In this document: piece after piece, positions 1-14,789 of the stretch
How positions within the stretch are numbered: position 1 is the stretch's first letter
Layout: every line of letters starts with the position of its first letter
Source: Camelus dromedarius
Taxonomy: Eukaryota
Direction of reading: 5' to 3'
Length of the DNA: 64,000 nucleotides
NCBI RefSeq assembly: GCF_036321535.1
Contig: NC_087437.1
Span: 105,340,001 to 105,404,000 of the forward strand
Notes under the pieces: generated by a model
Seen by the model: only the letters and a program-made list of their open reading frames with translations
Databases searched by the model: none
What the model was told of the DNA's origin: nothing
Position numbers and translations under genes: made by a program

Positions 1-520
1 ACACTCCTGTGAAGATACTCTGTAAGGTATAAAAGTCTGGGGTCCAGGGAAGAAAGGTCAAAGATACACGTGTGAGTCATTGACAAGCAGAAGGTAGGTG
101 AACATCAAGTCTGCATATAATTATCTAGGACCCAGGCATGAGCCCTTCATCATGCCACACGTAAGAAATGCAAAGAGGAGAAGGCTCCAGTGAAAAGGAT
201 TTGGAATGTTTTGACAGTGATGTGAAGGGAAAACTAAGAGACTGAAATGGCCTGATATGCAAGAGAAGAAAGTAAACCAAGATGGTTTGGTCAGTGGGGT
301 CTAAGGCTGTTGTTCTGGTGAGAAATCTGAGCACAACAAACTTTCTATTGCAATATGGAGGCCACGGGTGACCTTGACCAGCAATCTTGCTGGTAGGGTG
401 AGGATGGAGTTCCAATACACTGTGGCTTAAAAGAAGAATATGAGAATGAGGAAACAGAAGCAGTGATGGTGCACATTCCTTTTATAATATGTCCTGTGAA
501 TAGGAGGGAATAAGTAGACT
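1..520 (-). mobile_element. L2 LINE fragment (old, degenerate)
   Basis: Purine-rich antisense L2-like text (GAGTCATTGACAAGCAGAAGGTAGG, GGTGACCTTGACCAGCAATCTT, GAATGAGGAAACAGAAGCAGTG). Confidence 0.6.
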
Positions 521-3500
521 ATTAACTGCAAAGGTGTAGAACTTTCTATTTTTTAATTTATTTATTGACTTCATACACTATAACTTTATCTGGTTGGAAC
601 AACTAGAAGAAAGAGGTAAAAGAATGAACTAGGACTCTGGTCCTGGATAAGAAAAATAGGATATTACATTCAAAATTGAGAAATTAGAGAATTTTAAGAG
701 AGGGGGATAGCTCATTTATAATAACAAGAAAGAGTCAGAGATTGCTCCCCTGACTGATGTTTGTCAGTAGATCCAGAGGCAAGACGAGCTGAAGTTTCTG
801 TATCGATGTGTGCTCCTCAAACCAAAACTGATGTCAGTGGCCAGCTCGATTCTCAGGACCACGGGCTGTAAGAAGTTTGTGCCTACCTTCTAGATATAAT
901 GATCTCCATTCAGAACCCAAACCCCCACTACTCTTCAATTTGCCTGTGTCAAACACTGGGTGCTAATATTTTCCAACATTTTTTTTCTACTTTTTCTCAT
1001 ATTTAATTCAGTAAAGGTCAAGGGCTGACAAAGTTTAATAAGTTATACAATAGACATTTCAAGATAAATAGCACCTGAAAATAAGAGTTCCAGCTTGTGT
1101 TTGTCACTAAAGATTTGGTTGAAATGTACAGATTTTAAAAAAGAAGGTGATAGCTCAGATATGATGGAAGGAAATGATGCTTTTAGCTCCTTCTTGTATC
1201 CCCCCCCCCCCAGGACGAAATCTGTAACTTTACATTTCTTACTACTTCAAGAGTGTTGGAAATGTGATTATTAAAACTAAACTATTTTAACTCTGTGCCT
1301 TCAGCATTTTTTCCTACCTTCTCCAACATAAAAGCAATCTTATGTATCTTTAGAAATACACAATTACAGAGCATGCACATAAATAGATCATTATCATTTT
1401 GTGGAGCATGAGGTCACTGATCTCTCCAGAAACTTCACCGGTGAGATTTTTTTTCCCCTTGAGGTTTTGGGGATGAGAGATCCAGCCTGCTGTGTTACCT
1501 ATCCCAGTGACTGAAATAACAGCAATTATAAAGAAGTTATAGTAAATAAGCTCTTTAGCATAGAGACATTCTCCCAAATCTAAGTTTCCATTGTAAAGAT
1601 TAAAGATGGTTCCTTCTAGATTCATTGCTTCAAAGAACTGTAGTAATTAAGTCAATTAAGTTTATGTTCTCTTTATTCTAAAAATAAACACTGGCTATGT
1701 GATATACTAATGGAATAACTGTCTAAGAACGGTTTGTTGGTACAATGCAATTCATTTTGGTTATTAAATTTCAGAATTGAAGCTATTTATGATTCTTACC
1801 AAAATGAAATTTGACTTATTCTTGCTGTCAGCATGGCTTGTGCACCCAGGGCCAAGTGGTCAGAATAACTTAATATTTTTTAAATGAATAATTATATATT
1901 TCTCATCTTGTATTTTCAAGTTTTTAATTTTATTTACTATCAGTTTCCAAATGGCTGATTTAACCATGTATTCTTCCTATTGTAAATTATATTTCACACA
2001 AATTGTGGCAAATGGTATTTTCCTAATGGCATATCAATACCATAAATGTGAAAATTGTTGTCAAATCACAAAATGCTTCAATAAAACAAAAATAGAAGTT
2101 TTACTTTAGAGACAACTTCAAACTTCATTAAATTTGCAGACCCTTTGAATCTTCTGAAGCACATGCATTTAGGATACAAAAACATGACTTTTTCAGTATT
2201 AGGAGGGAACATTAAATGATTAAATCATAATATGATTTTGCTTAGAGGAGACAGAAAGCATTAATATTTATTTTCTTAGTTCCTCTTTCACTTGTCAGTT
2301 CAATTTCTTTTTCTTTCCATTTTTATTCTAAATCCAAAACACACTCACCCTGTCAGCTAGAAGTACAACTCAAATTAAGGATAAAATGCATGCAATAGGG
2401 AAATTTGTCTCTTCTGGACCATGGCTTCCTTTGTCCCCGACCCCTAACACATGCATTGGCTTGCTTTTGTGCTGTCTCTCTCTCTCTCTCTCTATCTCCC
2501 TGCTGTGCCCTCATTCCTCACTAACTTGACTACTTTGAAACAAGGTCAGTGGAAGGATTAGTTTGAGGGCCACGTGGCACAGGCAGCCGACTTCATCTCC
2601 TTCCTCTTCAGATTAACTTGGAAAATACTGAAATATCAACATTTACTGACATTCAAAGGCCATCTCTGAATCTTTGAAAAGTCACCTTGTAAATGGTCAC
2701 CTCATAAAAGGTAAGGATTGAAGATGCTCTGTTTTCATCGGAGGCATAACTCCAGGGCTCTGATAAATATTGTTACAGCTTGTGGCTCTGCAGGGAGGTG
2801 ACAGGAGAGAGATACTTGTTTATTTCTCAGCTCAAGTTCTGTTATAATGACCACTGCTTTGCAGATCTAACAGCAATGAAATTTCAGGTCATCAGCTTCA
2901 AATGCCACAGCAAGCAACGGCTGCAGCCCGGTTTACAAAACAGTTAACATGCACATTTTTTCCAGGTGTATTGAAAATTTGGGTAACTCCACTGGCTTTC
3001 TTTGCCATAATACTCATGAAAGTAATATTACAGCAAATAATCATATGTATTACATTTAATAGCATAGTCTCATTTGCTATAAAAATAGTAGTTGTGTTTC
3101 TAGAATGTTAAAGTGCCCAGAAACATACTATAAAATGATTTTGGGGGAAAGTTTAGAACCTAGTAAGATTCACACTTACAAAGCAAGACACTTGCCTTAT
3201 AATAAAGGGAAAAAAGATTGTTTTTAATGTCTATGTTTGGTTTTATGATAGCAAAAAAATCAGTCTTCATCACTGCAAAAAATAATGTTACCGAGTTGGT
3301 CTCTTAAATCTCAATTAACACCAGGACCTCTTCCCTTTCTGCAAGCTACAGTGATGCTGGCAACACACTGCCAAAGCTTTATACTTAAAAATATTTCAAA
3401 AGAAAACAAACTCAGGATGTATTCCAAGGCTTTGGCCCCCAAATCTATTTTTTCCATTCCTGGGGTTCTGATCAAAATCCAGTCATATTCAGTAATAACA

Positions 3501-3825
3501 TGAGACCCTGCAAACTGCCAACCCTGTTTGACAGACCACTTAAATCCAGCTTTTAAAATTTCTTGTGCTTGAATTTAATCATACAGAGTTCATTCCCTTG
3601 CCATTGGCTGGCCAACATATTCAGCTTTGAATTAAACCAACGTGTCATTGAGCAAAATATATTATTTTATTAGGAAAATTCCTCTCAAAGAGCTCTGTTT
3701 TCTCTTACAGTGATTTAGTAAACAAACATAACATTCTCCAGAGCTTTCTGAATTGTTCTATACTTCTGTGCCACAAGGTTGCAAATTACTCTGCTTATAG
3801 AAACTTTCTGGATCTCTCTCCTTGT

Positions 3826-4292
3826 GAATGATTTTTCTATGGTTGCTCTAACAAGTTACCAGAAATGTAGTGTCTTAAAAAGATACAAATGCATGACACT
3901 GCTGTCGGGTCTCACTGGGGTAAAATCATTCCTTTCTGGAAGCTCTAGAGGAGAATCCATTTCCTTATGTTTCCAGCTTCTAGAGGCCTCCCACGTATTT
4001 TGGTGGCTTCCTTATTCCATCTTCAAAGCTAGCACTGTTGCCTGTCCCTGATTATCCTTCTAAAGTCTCATCTCCACCTGAGTTTTGCTGCTATATGCTT
4101 CCACTTTTAAGGACTTCTGTGATTACATTGCACATATCTGGACAATGCAGGACGCTCTCTCTCTAAGAGCAGCTAATTGAAAACCTTCATTCCATCTGCA
4201 GCCTTAATTTCTCTTTGCCATGTAACCTCACATATTCATGGAGTCGGGGGATTCAGACTTGACATCCTGGGGAACATTATTCTTCCTACCAC
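3826..4292 (-). mobile_element. MaLR solo LTR, MLT1D/E-like
   Basis: TTCTGGAAGCTCTAGAGGAGAATCC...CCAGCTTCTAGAGGCC...TTCCATCTTCAAAGC...CATTATTCTTCCTACCAC, typical antisense MLT1 motifs. Confidence 0.85.
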
Positions 4293-6364
4293 TTCTTGCA
4301 AATTGATGAACTCCTCATTTGCATCTGTAGCTAACTACAACTTTCAAAGTAATCAAAAATAGAGCCAGGTGCTTTTTTCTCCCTGGCAAATTGGAGCAGT
4401 AAAGAGATGAAAAACCAAAAAAAAAAAAAAATTCACATATTCTGTCACAACCATGGACAAAAAATATTGGTGAACCAATACTTTGAATGCATCTCTCAAT
4501 AAATAGATTGAACCTAACTGTTTATATTGTTTCTCTCTCATATATTTAGACATATTTAAATTTTTTTCTTGATGTATTTGATGTTATTAATGTAAGATTG
4601 TTGCATATGTTAGGGTAAATGTTATCACATTTGTTTATGTTCTTTTATATGATATTCTCAATTCTGTCAAATTCACATTTGACTGTAAGTTTCTTGAAAT
4701 AGGGCTATAAATTCATCTCCATGTTTTTTGTGGCTTCCATATTATTATGTTGCATATTACGGACGTTAATTGAGTGGATGAGTGGATGTATAATTGCCCA
4801 CCAGTAAAGTTATTTCCACAGCAGTTTGTCCAATAATCAGCCTTTACAAGCTGTGGCCAATATTTATCCTGTCACGGGATACATTTCTTTTTCTCCCCAT
4901 CTCTTTCAAATAACAATTCAAATCGCAACGACTTTAGACTAATTTAGGAAATGTTAAGCCAGTCATCTTTACTTTTCATTCCAAGCTTATACTCTAAGTG
5001 GAAAAAGAGAAAACAAATATATATATAAAATATTGCTTATATGTATTATATATAGACATATATCTAGCTGAATTTGAAGGCAGTTGCAGTAAATTTTTTA
5101 TAACATATATTTTATTCTAACTTTGCTAGGTAGTCATTTTATGTTCTCAAACATTTAGCATGTAATTTTAAAATTAAAAGACCAGAGTTGCTTCTAAGAT
5201 TGGTAATGATGAGTGGGGACTGCCACAGTCTGATGTACAACTGAGATGCTTCTGCAGTCAGGCCAGCTGCACTCTTTATTATGCTATATCCTATTGGCAA
5301 GGGAGAAGTTTTTGAAAGTCTTTAATCTTGTCAGTTATAGAGTCTGAAATGGGTGTCTCAGGCTGGAGAAACACAGTGTCTCTGGGTTGGGCACTGGATT
5401 TCAGTGAGAACTGATTATCAAGCCAATTAGCTGCTTTTTGAAAAAACATGTGCCCAGTAGCTTTGTCAAGCCCAAGTGTAAAACTCTTAAAGAGGGTAAC
5501 TCCAGCTGCGTGCTGCTTCCCTTTTTCACGGTAAAGGAGTAAAAAGACAGCAATCTTTCCTGGGCTACCAGACCTCAGAGATTAGAGGCACTTGTATTAA
5601 ATCCTAACTCATCTGCTGGTTATAAATGTCAGGGGAGTTTGTCCCACTAAAGTACTTCTCTAATTAGAATTTCCCTTATTGAGATATTGGGATGGTCCCC
5701 TCTGGAATTTATGAGACGAGAAATTACAAGCAAATAACGTAATCCATCAATTCCTAGCACGCGTTCGGATGAAGTAGCAATGGACTAATATATACAACAT
5801 TTTAACTTTTTTTTCTTTATTATAAGCTTTGCTCAAAGCCCTAGCAGTCAAATTTGCTGTTTCAAAGATTCAGTTACAATTGCCAGGAGATCTTATTCAC
5901 TCCTGGCAACCGGATTGAAAAAGCGAAGCTGGAACTGAACTGACAACGGCTAGGTGAGGGATGGTTAAAGCAGCCACAGTTTCCCCTTTCCCTCTCTCTG
6001 TCTTTTGATCCTTTGTCCCAGAATTTGTTGTCATCTATGTCTCAGCATCGGGGGCACACGAGGTTCAGGGGATTATTTACTCTCCCCCCTCACATATTAC
6101 CACGGTTCTACCTGACATCTCTTGGCACGTTTTGTCACCTTGATACCCAGCATCCACAAGAGACCAGGTGTTTGGGTACCTGTATCCAATACAGCTCTAA
6201 CAATTCAAAGACTTATTTCTCCAAAATGCCTAAGTGTATTCAGATGGACTACATTTAAAATGAGATCTTGGCTCCATCTCTAATCTTTAAAGTGCTGAGG
6301 TCTTGGGGACCTGATTTTTTTTTTTCTCTTGTCCATTACCTCATCATGTATATTACAAACTGTG

Positions 6365-6830
6365 AATTTTTCAGTATGTAGTTATTAAATATGTACTATG
6401 TGCCAACATAGAGGATAAAGCAATGAACGAGAGAAAAAAAAAAGTCTGCCTTCATGGCATGATAGTGGAATAGGGAAAAAACAGAACTGAGAAAATAAAT
6501 AAAGCCAATGGTATATTAATGGGAGAAGCTAACAAGAAAAAAAATCAGAGAAGGGCTTGGGAATTAGGGGGATTTTGGGGGGATTTTAGGAAGAATGCCC
6601 AGAGAAGGTCATCTTAATGAGAAAATGGCACTAGAATGGAAGAATCTAAAGGTGAGGGAGTAAACACTGAGGATGACAGAGGGAAGGAGATAAGACAGTG
6701 ATATCGTGAAAAACAAAAACCTGATGGTGGGGTCGTGTCTGGACTATTTGAGGAACAGCAAGGGAATAGTATGGCTAAGACAGCAAGTGGAAGGCAGAAT
6801 ATAAGGTAAAGTTACACTGGCTCTAATGAA
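6365..6830 (-). mobile_element. L2 (L2a-like) 3' fragment
   Basis: TATTAAATATGTACTATGTGCCA...GGATAAAGCAATGAAC...CTGCCTTCATGG resembles antisense L2 3' end. Confidence 0.7.
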
Positions 6831-7059
6831 ATATACCCATGGTCATGTCATTATGTAAGTTCAGTTAACATATAATTGAATGCTAACATATTGCATATGG
6901 TATACTGTAAAATTAGAGAAAGTGTCATGAAGAGCTGGAAACAGAACTCCTTCTGTGAAAGAAACTTGAGTTTGATGTACTGAGAGTAGAGATTGCAAAG
7001 CAATTCAAGCAAAAGCTTTGTGATCAAGGTCCCCAAGTGATTACCACATTTCATTCTCC

Positions 7060-7170
7060 TCTTCTTCAACAGAGGTGGTTACATTTGGGCACATGGCAGG
7101 CCAGCTAGATTATCTTTCCCCCACTCCTTTATTATTGTGGCCATATAATTAAATTATCAAAAAAAGGCAG
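7060..7170. mobile_element. MLT1I/J-like MaLR fragment
   Basis: GGGCACATGGCAGGCCAGCTAGATTATCTTTCCC...TGTGGCCATATAATTAA. Confidence 0.45.
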
Positions 7171-8974
7171 GTATATGGGAACTAAATAAGCCCTGAGACA
7201 TACAGAATGCATTATTTCTCATATCTTCCACCATCCTGAATCTCAAACAAACTTGCAAGGGCTTCTTTCTTCCTTCCTCCCTTTATTCTTTACTCCTTCC
7301 ATTCTTTCTTTTCATCCTTCCTCCACTTCTTCCTACTTTTCTTTTACAAATTATTCATCCACTCTGCATGCCAGGTACTTTATTAGCCACCAGAGTTTCA
7401 GTTATAAGCCAAACCAGGATCAGTCTTACCTCTACTCAATCTTATAATCACATAGATGAATATACCATGAAAAAAGAATTAGAGTTAAATGTTACTTTAC
7501 AACTATAACTAGTAATGAAGAAAAGACATAAAAGATACAATTTTTAGGGTTTATATTAAAATGTCACTAGAAACATATATGCTCCCTATGACTACTAAGC
7601 TGATGACCTCCCTCATCACTTGGTTTGTCCCTATTGCATGTTTATGGCTTTATTCAGACAGATGAATAGCTTTCAAAGATAACAGTTATATAATCGCCTT
7701 GTGTCTTCATTGTACTACAATGCCATTCCCTGCACAACAGCCAATGTGAAAACGCTGAAGGGAAAACAATGTTAGTTTCATGCAAACTTGACATGAAAGG
7801 GCCAACCAGGGGCAGGCAACGTGGATTCTTTCAATGTTGAATATAAGTATGGATATGAGTTTCTACTGGATCCTACCGTCTAATCAGGTGTACGATGAAA
7901 TATCTTAGCATATTTTTGTCTGTCAAAATATTCTCCATGATATGCAGAAGTAAGGGTCAACAATGGCTGAAGCCTCAGCCATATGAATCGAATGGCTAAA
8001 ACAAAACACTTGTGAGAAACACGGCTGAGAAAACAAGGGGTTAAGGCTTGGAGGTGATGCTAGTCACCCAGAGTTAGCCTAAGGTCAGGAGATCATTAGA
8101 AGTGCCTTAAACTAGAATGTGACACGATGACAATAATGTAGCAGCAGCACCAGAAGATGGACATGAAGAAACTGAGTGGGAGAAGGAGCTGACCCATGGT
8201 GGACCAGCAGGGGAGGAGAGGAGGTGTCAGAACTATTGACGAAACAGGATGTACCAACTTACACAAGTATGGAGTGTTAGAGAAAACACAGAAGGGAGGG
8301 TCTACAGAAACTAGAAATTCCTGTCTTTGGCAACATGGTGGCTTGTGTAACCTACATCTTATTGGGAGTATTTAAAAGGAGAAAAATATTTCCTCGCTCA
8401 TTTATTCTTCAGAAAATTGTTACCCTGAGTGCTCTCAAAGGTGATTTCATGTTCATAAACCAAATCTTTGTAGACGTAAATGGGAGATGCTATTATGTAT
8501 CACCTGGTACAGCCTCTCATCCTGTTATTGTTCTGTTTACATGAATGAACAGTTTAAAGTACCATAAAATCCCAGCACATAGACAGAAACATCACCAGTC
8601 TGAGAGTCAAATAGGAGTTTTAGAATAGTTTTACCTTTGGCTTTTAAATTAAAAGCCTAATGTGTTTTCTTCTCCAATTAAGCACGATTGCCAAGTATAA
8701 TTGACAACAGTAATGTAACTAGTAATTTGGGGACATTCTAACATACATGTGCTGTACACATTTTTAAGTGGGTTTAACTTATTTTTTTTTTAGAGCTTTA
8801 AGCTTAAAAACTGCTTCTTGAAAGATCTAATAGAATCCTTCTTCTGAGAAGAGGAGAAAGAATTATGAAGTACAGATAGGTGCTCAGGAACTGTAAGGTA
8901 CAACCAAAGGGAGAGACCAAGCCTAACCCCTTACATGGGGCAAGATCAGGCTACAGCTTTGTCCACTGGACTTT

Positions 8975-9395
8975 GTTTTCAGAATTCACACGAATTGACT
9001 AGCATCTCTGTCTAACCTCCTTTCACTCCCCCTCACTCCCCACCAACAGTTAATACTTTTCTTCATTCTGTCCTCTGGCTGCACTTGTCCCAGGAAGTTC
9101 CAGCCAATGGTTGAACTGAAGGTCCTAGAGTCTGGCGACCTCTTGTCAGTGTAAGACTCTCATAGGCAGTCTGCTCCAGAGCTCCCTGAAGAACCATCTG
9201 AGCCTTGGTCTGAGCCTCTCCTTGCCCACCCTGCTTCCATACTCATTTCTCTTTCCAGGTATCAGGTCTGCACTGCAGTTTGAAAAATTGCTTTGCTCCA
9301 CTCTGTTTTGTCTGCATTTTCTATTTCACGGGCATTAGCCCCAAATAGACTTCTCCAACTCCTCACCCATCTCAGCATCTGCTTCCTAGGTAATT
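8975..9395 (+). mobile_element. ERVL LTR, LTR16-like
   Basis: CAGCCAATGG, GCTCCAGAGCTCCCTG, CCCACCCTGCTTCC, ends CCATCTCAGCATCTGCTTCCTAGG. Confidence 0.65.
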
Positions 9396-11619
9396 AAGAT
9401 GTTCATCTTTCACCCACTGCCAATGTGAAGACATGACATTCCCTAAGAAATTCATGGAACTATAGTATATCTCCACAGTAGACAATTTGTACAAGCAGTT
9501 ATCACTATCACAATGATAATCACAGAACTTCATAAACTCTCCAATTTAAAATCAACTCTGGAGGAAAGAAGAAAAAGAAAATCTCCTGAGAACGGTTGAG
9601 TTGAACTAAAAAGTCTTAAGATTATGTCTTCTTCCCCAGATAGAATGGAGACTTAAATGAATCATTAAATTGAGTTAAATAATAGAAAAGCAAATTTCCA
9701 ATGCATGCATATGTGAGATTTTATATTGAAAATCTTGTTTTGGAAATAATAGCATTCATCTTTTTTATTGAAAATTATTTTGGAAATAAATGATTGTTCT
9801 TGTAAGTAAGAAAAAATGAGTATTCTACAATATAATTCAGAGTTTTAAAAGTATTTATTAAAAGTGTTTTATATTTTTGAAATTTAGTTACCTAATGTAT
9901 TTTTTCAGTATATAATAAAATTAGATTTTCAGTTGTTTCATATCTCTAATTCATCATAATCTGATAGAGTCATATAAAACAGTTTTTAAAGAATACAAAT
10001 TGTTAAATCTAAAGTATAGTAGGAACAATTTAATTTTTAACATTGCAGTACACTTTTTTTTCTGTATTTTACAATTTTGTATTATGCCAAAGGCAAAGGA
10101 GATTGTCATTTCTGTTAGATTTTTTTTACCATCATATTGATTTCAAAGTAACCCAAATATAATATTCTAAAATATATTTAAACTATAAATGTTTGGATCA
10201 AAAAAGAAAGTTTTGCTTAATATTACTTAAACTATGTGTAATTTGGGGCTGATTTTTAATATGTTTTCTAGAAAGATTGTTTGTTCATTAGAATATTGGT
10301 TTATAATTTTTATTTAGGAATACATATTCCTAAACCTGATAGAGTCAATTATCTCTTATCCACGTGTGGATTCATTTTATCATGTTAGTAGGTTAATTTA
10401 CTAACTAAAACTGGGACTAATTATTTTAGGAAATATACTTCAATTATTCAGTTAATGGCTGTTTTCCAATATTAATTCACCATGAGCCCCTATCCTTCAC
10501 TAGAGATTGGTCAATATAAAGATTGTCATTGGCAGTGAAGACAGACTGGTCCCTTGTGCCCTTTCAACCTTAAACAGGTGTTTCATCATTATCTTAGCAC
10601 GAATGCAGTCAGGCTAGACTATTTTTGATGCCTAACCATTTGCATAGGGAGCACCACTGGGAAAACATATGGTGGTCCGGATATAGTTGCATTCTCTTGG
10701 TCAAAATACTATTTGGTACCATCTAGTTCTTCATGATTACATGTTGTAACAGATTTTGAAGAAGTGGTGTGAAAGAAATGGTTGATATCTCTTTGTTTTT
10801 TGCACTAGCTTCTTAAGAAGTACTGGTTAATTCCTGAATTTTATCTATCTCTAACATTAAGAAACCAAGCATCAGACTTGGGCTCTTGGTGCCAGTTTAA
10901 GTGTTTAAGCCATGAAATAACAGTACTTGTTTACTTGACGGACATTTGATCCAGTTCAGCTCTGCATGCAAGCCTTCTCAACGGCAATGATAAGGAGCCT
11001 GGTGAAAAAAAATAAACACACAGAGAGACAGCATCTATATAGATAACAACCTGCCAACCTGTGAGGTTGGACAGAACTGTGGACCTACATCAAGGGGCAA
11101 TTGTGGATCTCTGGTAGGGTAGTGAATTAAAAGATAAGGATGCTAGAGGACACCAGATTATATTATCCCTCACATCTACTTCCCTGTAAACATGTATGGT
11201 GTGTCAAGGTGTCAATTTAGAACACAAAGTGGACTGGGGGAGAAGGAGCAGGAATGAACTTTCCATAATGATGGAGTACTTAGGACCTTGCCTTTTCTTT
11301 TTCTTTCTTTCTTTCTTTTTTTTTTTTTTTAAATCAGTATTTAGGTTCGCTCTCTGATTTAATACCCAGTGGAAGCCAGTGATCTGTGAATTTGAGTTCC
11401 ACTGAAAAAACATTGCTACAAGTCAGGCCTAATGACTCCAGAGAAACCAGCTGTAGTATCAGTATTCAGGTTCTGAGCTGAGAAAAGGTAATATGCAGGT
11501 GAAATGTTGGAGAAATTGGCAGTCGTTCTTCAGTGGTGTGCAGATTTCTCTAGCTCTTCACTAATGTGTTTGCCTTTTGAATCAAGGAACCTAGTGTATT
11601 TTTAGGATGCAACTGTGGT

Positions 11620-12150
11620 GCAGGTACCCGAGCAGGCTTTCTCAGGTGAGACCCTTTTTTGAGCAAGATGTGATATTTGAGTTAAGATATGAAGATACAG
11701 CATCGCTAGGGGAAAGCAGTCAGAGAAGAGGCAGGTGACAGTATCAAGCCAAGAGATAACTTGGCATCTTCAGTGAACTAAAAGATGAAAAGTAAAATTA
11801 GAACACTGCCTATAAACTAGGGAGTTTTCAAGGCTCAGGCTACAAAGAGAAGCAGGGGCCAGGTGATGAAGTGTCTTGCTTGGACATGTTTTAAGCAGCA
11901 GAGTAGTGAATAACTTGGTTAGATTTATGTTGTGGAGGCAGCAAATCAATAAGAAGGTGCTTGTAGTAATTGGAAAAAAAAAAGACGTGATGCTTGTCTG
12001 AACTAGAAAACTAGAAAAGGGAATGGAAAGTGAGAACTCCAAGATTTAAGAATGATCTAACCGATAGCCTGTGTACTGGAGAAGACGCTGAACTAAAGTA
12101 GATCTGGTTTCAAACAGCATCCTCATCATTGAATGACATTTGCACTTTGG
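11620..12150 (-). mobile_element. L2 fragment
   Basis: GATGTGATATTTGAGTTAAGATATGAAG...AGATTTATGTTGTGGAGG...TGCTTGTCTGAACTAG. Confidence 0.6.
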
Positions 12151-12310
12151 CCAAGATGTTTAATCTCTGTAGTTGACAATTTACATTGGGAAATTGAAGG
12201 TAAAAGCAGTACTTCTCACATTCTTGAAGGAATTCATTGTGATATTGTCTGCAAAGCTTTTGGCACAGTGCCTGGTATAAGTCCTTAAAGCACAATAACT
12301 ATTTTTACTG
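12150..12310 (+). mobile_element. MIR SINE
   Basis: CTTTGGCCAAGATGTTTAATCTCT...GCAAAGCTTTTGGCACAGTGCCTGGTATAAG core/tail. Confidence 0.65.
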
Positions 12311-14531
12311 TAGTCCACTGAATATGGCTATTGATCAGAGGTCCCTATTCAATTTAATGATATTTTATCAGCACTTGTTCTATCTAAATATCCCTTCATG
12401 TGATCTTGTTTGTGGTTTTAATAGAGCAGCATTCACAATACTATATAAATTATAAAGGGATGGATAATATTTTCCTAAACTGAATAAATATTTACTCCAA
12501 TGTTTCTCAGAAATACTTAATTTTATACAATCCGTAGTACTGATTCTCTTTTACAGTTTAAGTACCTATGTATGGAACAGATTCATAAATCATGCAGAGG
12601 AGGGTTGATGGTTACAAAACCTACTCCTTAATCTTGAAATAAAAATGTTACTGACACAATTTTGAAAATAACAATAATGGATGGTAAGATATGTAGAGAG
12701 CAAGATAATCTTTAAACATTATTTTCTAAAATGGAATAACCATTAATAGGATTGTATTGCTTGTACAGTACTGCCTTGGATCCTTGTTTTGGGGACACTG
12801 GGCAGAGAAATATGTATTATTTTTGCCACAGCTGATACAATGTAGCCTTTTGTTTTGAAAAGCTTTCTAGCTTTTACTCTGGGGTTAAATTTTAAATATG
12901 ATTTTTAAGTTATGTTCTCCTCATGGGTTGAATACTCTCAAATAAATCCGGAAGTCCTGATTACTTGCATTTTGTGCCTGTGAGGCCTCTTGCTATGACA
13001 AAGGTTAGTTTATGAAACCATTTATCTCAGTTGGCAGCTGAGCATTCTCTTCCTCTTTGGCTAATCCAGAGCTGTTCATTCAGGGAGAACAGTATTTGTA
13101 ATGCTGTTGCATTTACATATTAAAGGAAGGACTTCCTAAATAGGAGATGATTGCGAATCAAATTGGGGTAGCTACCTTTCCCTTCTGGAACCACAAAGAC
13201 CATACGTGTACTTCTTGGTGGATGATTCTGATTGTTTATTGCAGACTAGCAAAAACACTTATGAATATTATCATAGAGTATAATCCTAAACTGTAAGTTT
13301 TATTATTTGACATCCATTTTACATATGGTATGCCTTTTTTTACATTCTAAAGGAAAACTTACAGTCTAAATTTGTGGCTCTATTAAAGTTTTTGTCTAAT
13401 ATGACAATAAACCATAATATTAATATCTAGTATTTGCCCAAATCAGTTTATATGTTAGAGACAATTCTAAGTGCATTTCATGGATTATGTCACACAACTG
13501 CCAATGTGACCTCATGCAGAATACTATTTCTTTCGCCATGAGACAGCTGGAGACTTGAATGGCTGAGTATATTTCCCTTTGTTAATCTCCAACTACATGG
13601 TACAACATATATTTCAAAAGGACCATTCTGGCTTCAAATCTTGTGTCCTAAAATATTCCCTATTGCTGCCCAGGAATTATGCAATCACTGTTGTCTAAAA
13701 GACTGATACAAGAGATTCCTATAACCTGAAAGATTTCAAGGCACGTTACCAAGTCTATGTTAATTATTTCTATAATATAGATAGGAATATAGATAGGTAA
13801 ATTTTTCTCAAATAAAATATATATGAGACTCAGTATTTCAAAACAATTTTGATGTTTTAATTGAAGCTGAGATGAGCCAGCTAATTTTTTCCCCTAGAGC
13901 TCAGACTCAGAAATCTTTGGAAACCATGGAAAATAGTTTTAGCAAATCTTGAGACTGGCCTCTTATTTATCTTCCCTTCTTTAGGAATCTGCCAGTTATG
14001 TTCAAAATGGTTGTCCTGCAAAAGTGGATTTGAAAATATAACCTAAATATTTATTGCCCAATTTCCAGTATCATAATCTAAGATGGCTAGTTAAAATCAA
14101 ACATTTAATGTGTTTTTGTAGCCTATTTGAAAATAGAATGGTGGCCATTCAAAATATTAATTCCTCTAACTTGATACATCTTAAGAAAATTAAATTAAAT
14201 CTTTAAAGAAGTTCTTATATAATGTAAATATTATTGAAATACTGGATAGTAACAATTCAGAAGAGAACTATATTTAATAAATCCATATCATTTGCCCATC
14301 TACTATAAACTTATGTAATCAAGAGAGTAAAGTATTGGAGTAAAAACAAAACAAAAAATACCTATGAGACAGAATAGGTTATGTGTGTACACGCAGGCAT
14401 GTGCATGTGTATGGGAGAGGGGGTGGGTAATGGTGGAGATGGGTGGTGTGGCCATCTCTATAAGTATATACACATACACATATAATATGTATGATATACA
14501 TAAAACATCATATATACATGTTTACAACATT

Positions 14532-14567
14532 TTATTATTATCATTATTATTATTATTATTATTATTA
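14532..14567. repeat. (TTA)n microsatellite
   Basis: About 12 TTA units with one interruption. Confidence 0.95.
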
Positions 14568-14789
14568 CAGTTTCATCAGTTACAAAATCTATTGTAATTG
14601 ATGCTTTTTCTCATGCTAGGGAATCATAATAGGTAGACATGCGTTCAGAAAGGCACAAAGATGCTGGTGTAGTCTGAGAAAGAGAACAATGCTGTACTGT
14701 GTTGACTGACTCCAAAGATGGTGGGAGCAAAAAACTCCAAACAAACAGCAACAAGAGCAAATAATGAGGGCATACCATGACCCAGGTGC

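Noticed and set aside
5880..5909. 10-bp perfect hairpin TTGCCAGGAG/CTCCTGGCAA
   Set aside because: About one such stem is expected by chance in 64 kb; too short for a pre-miRNA.
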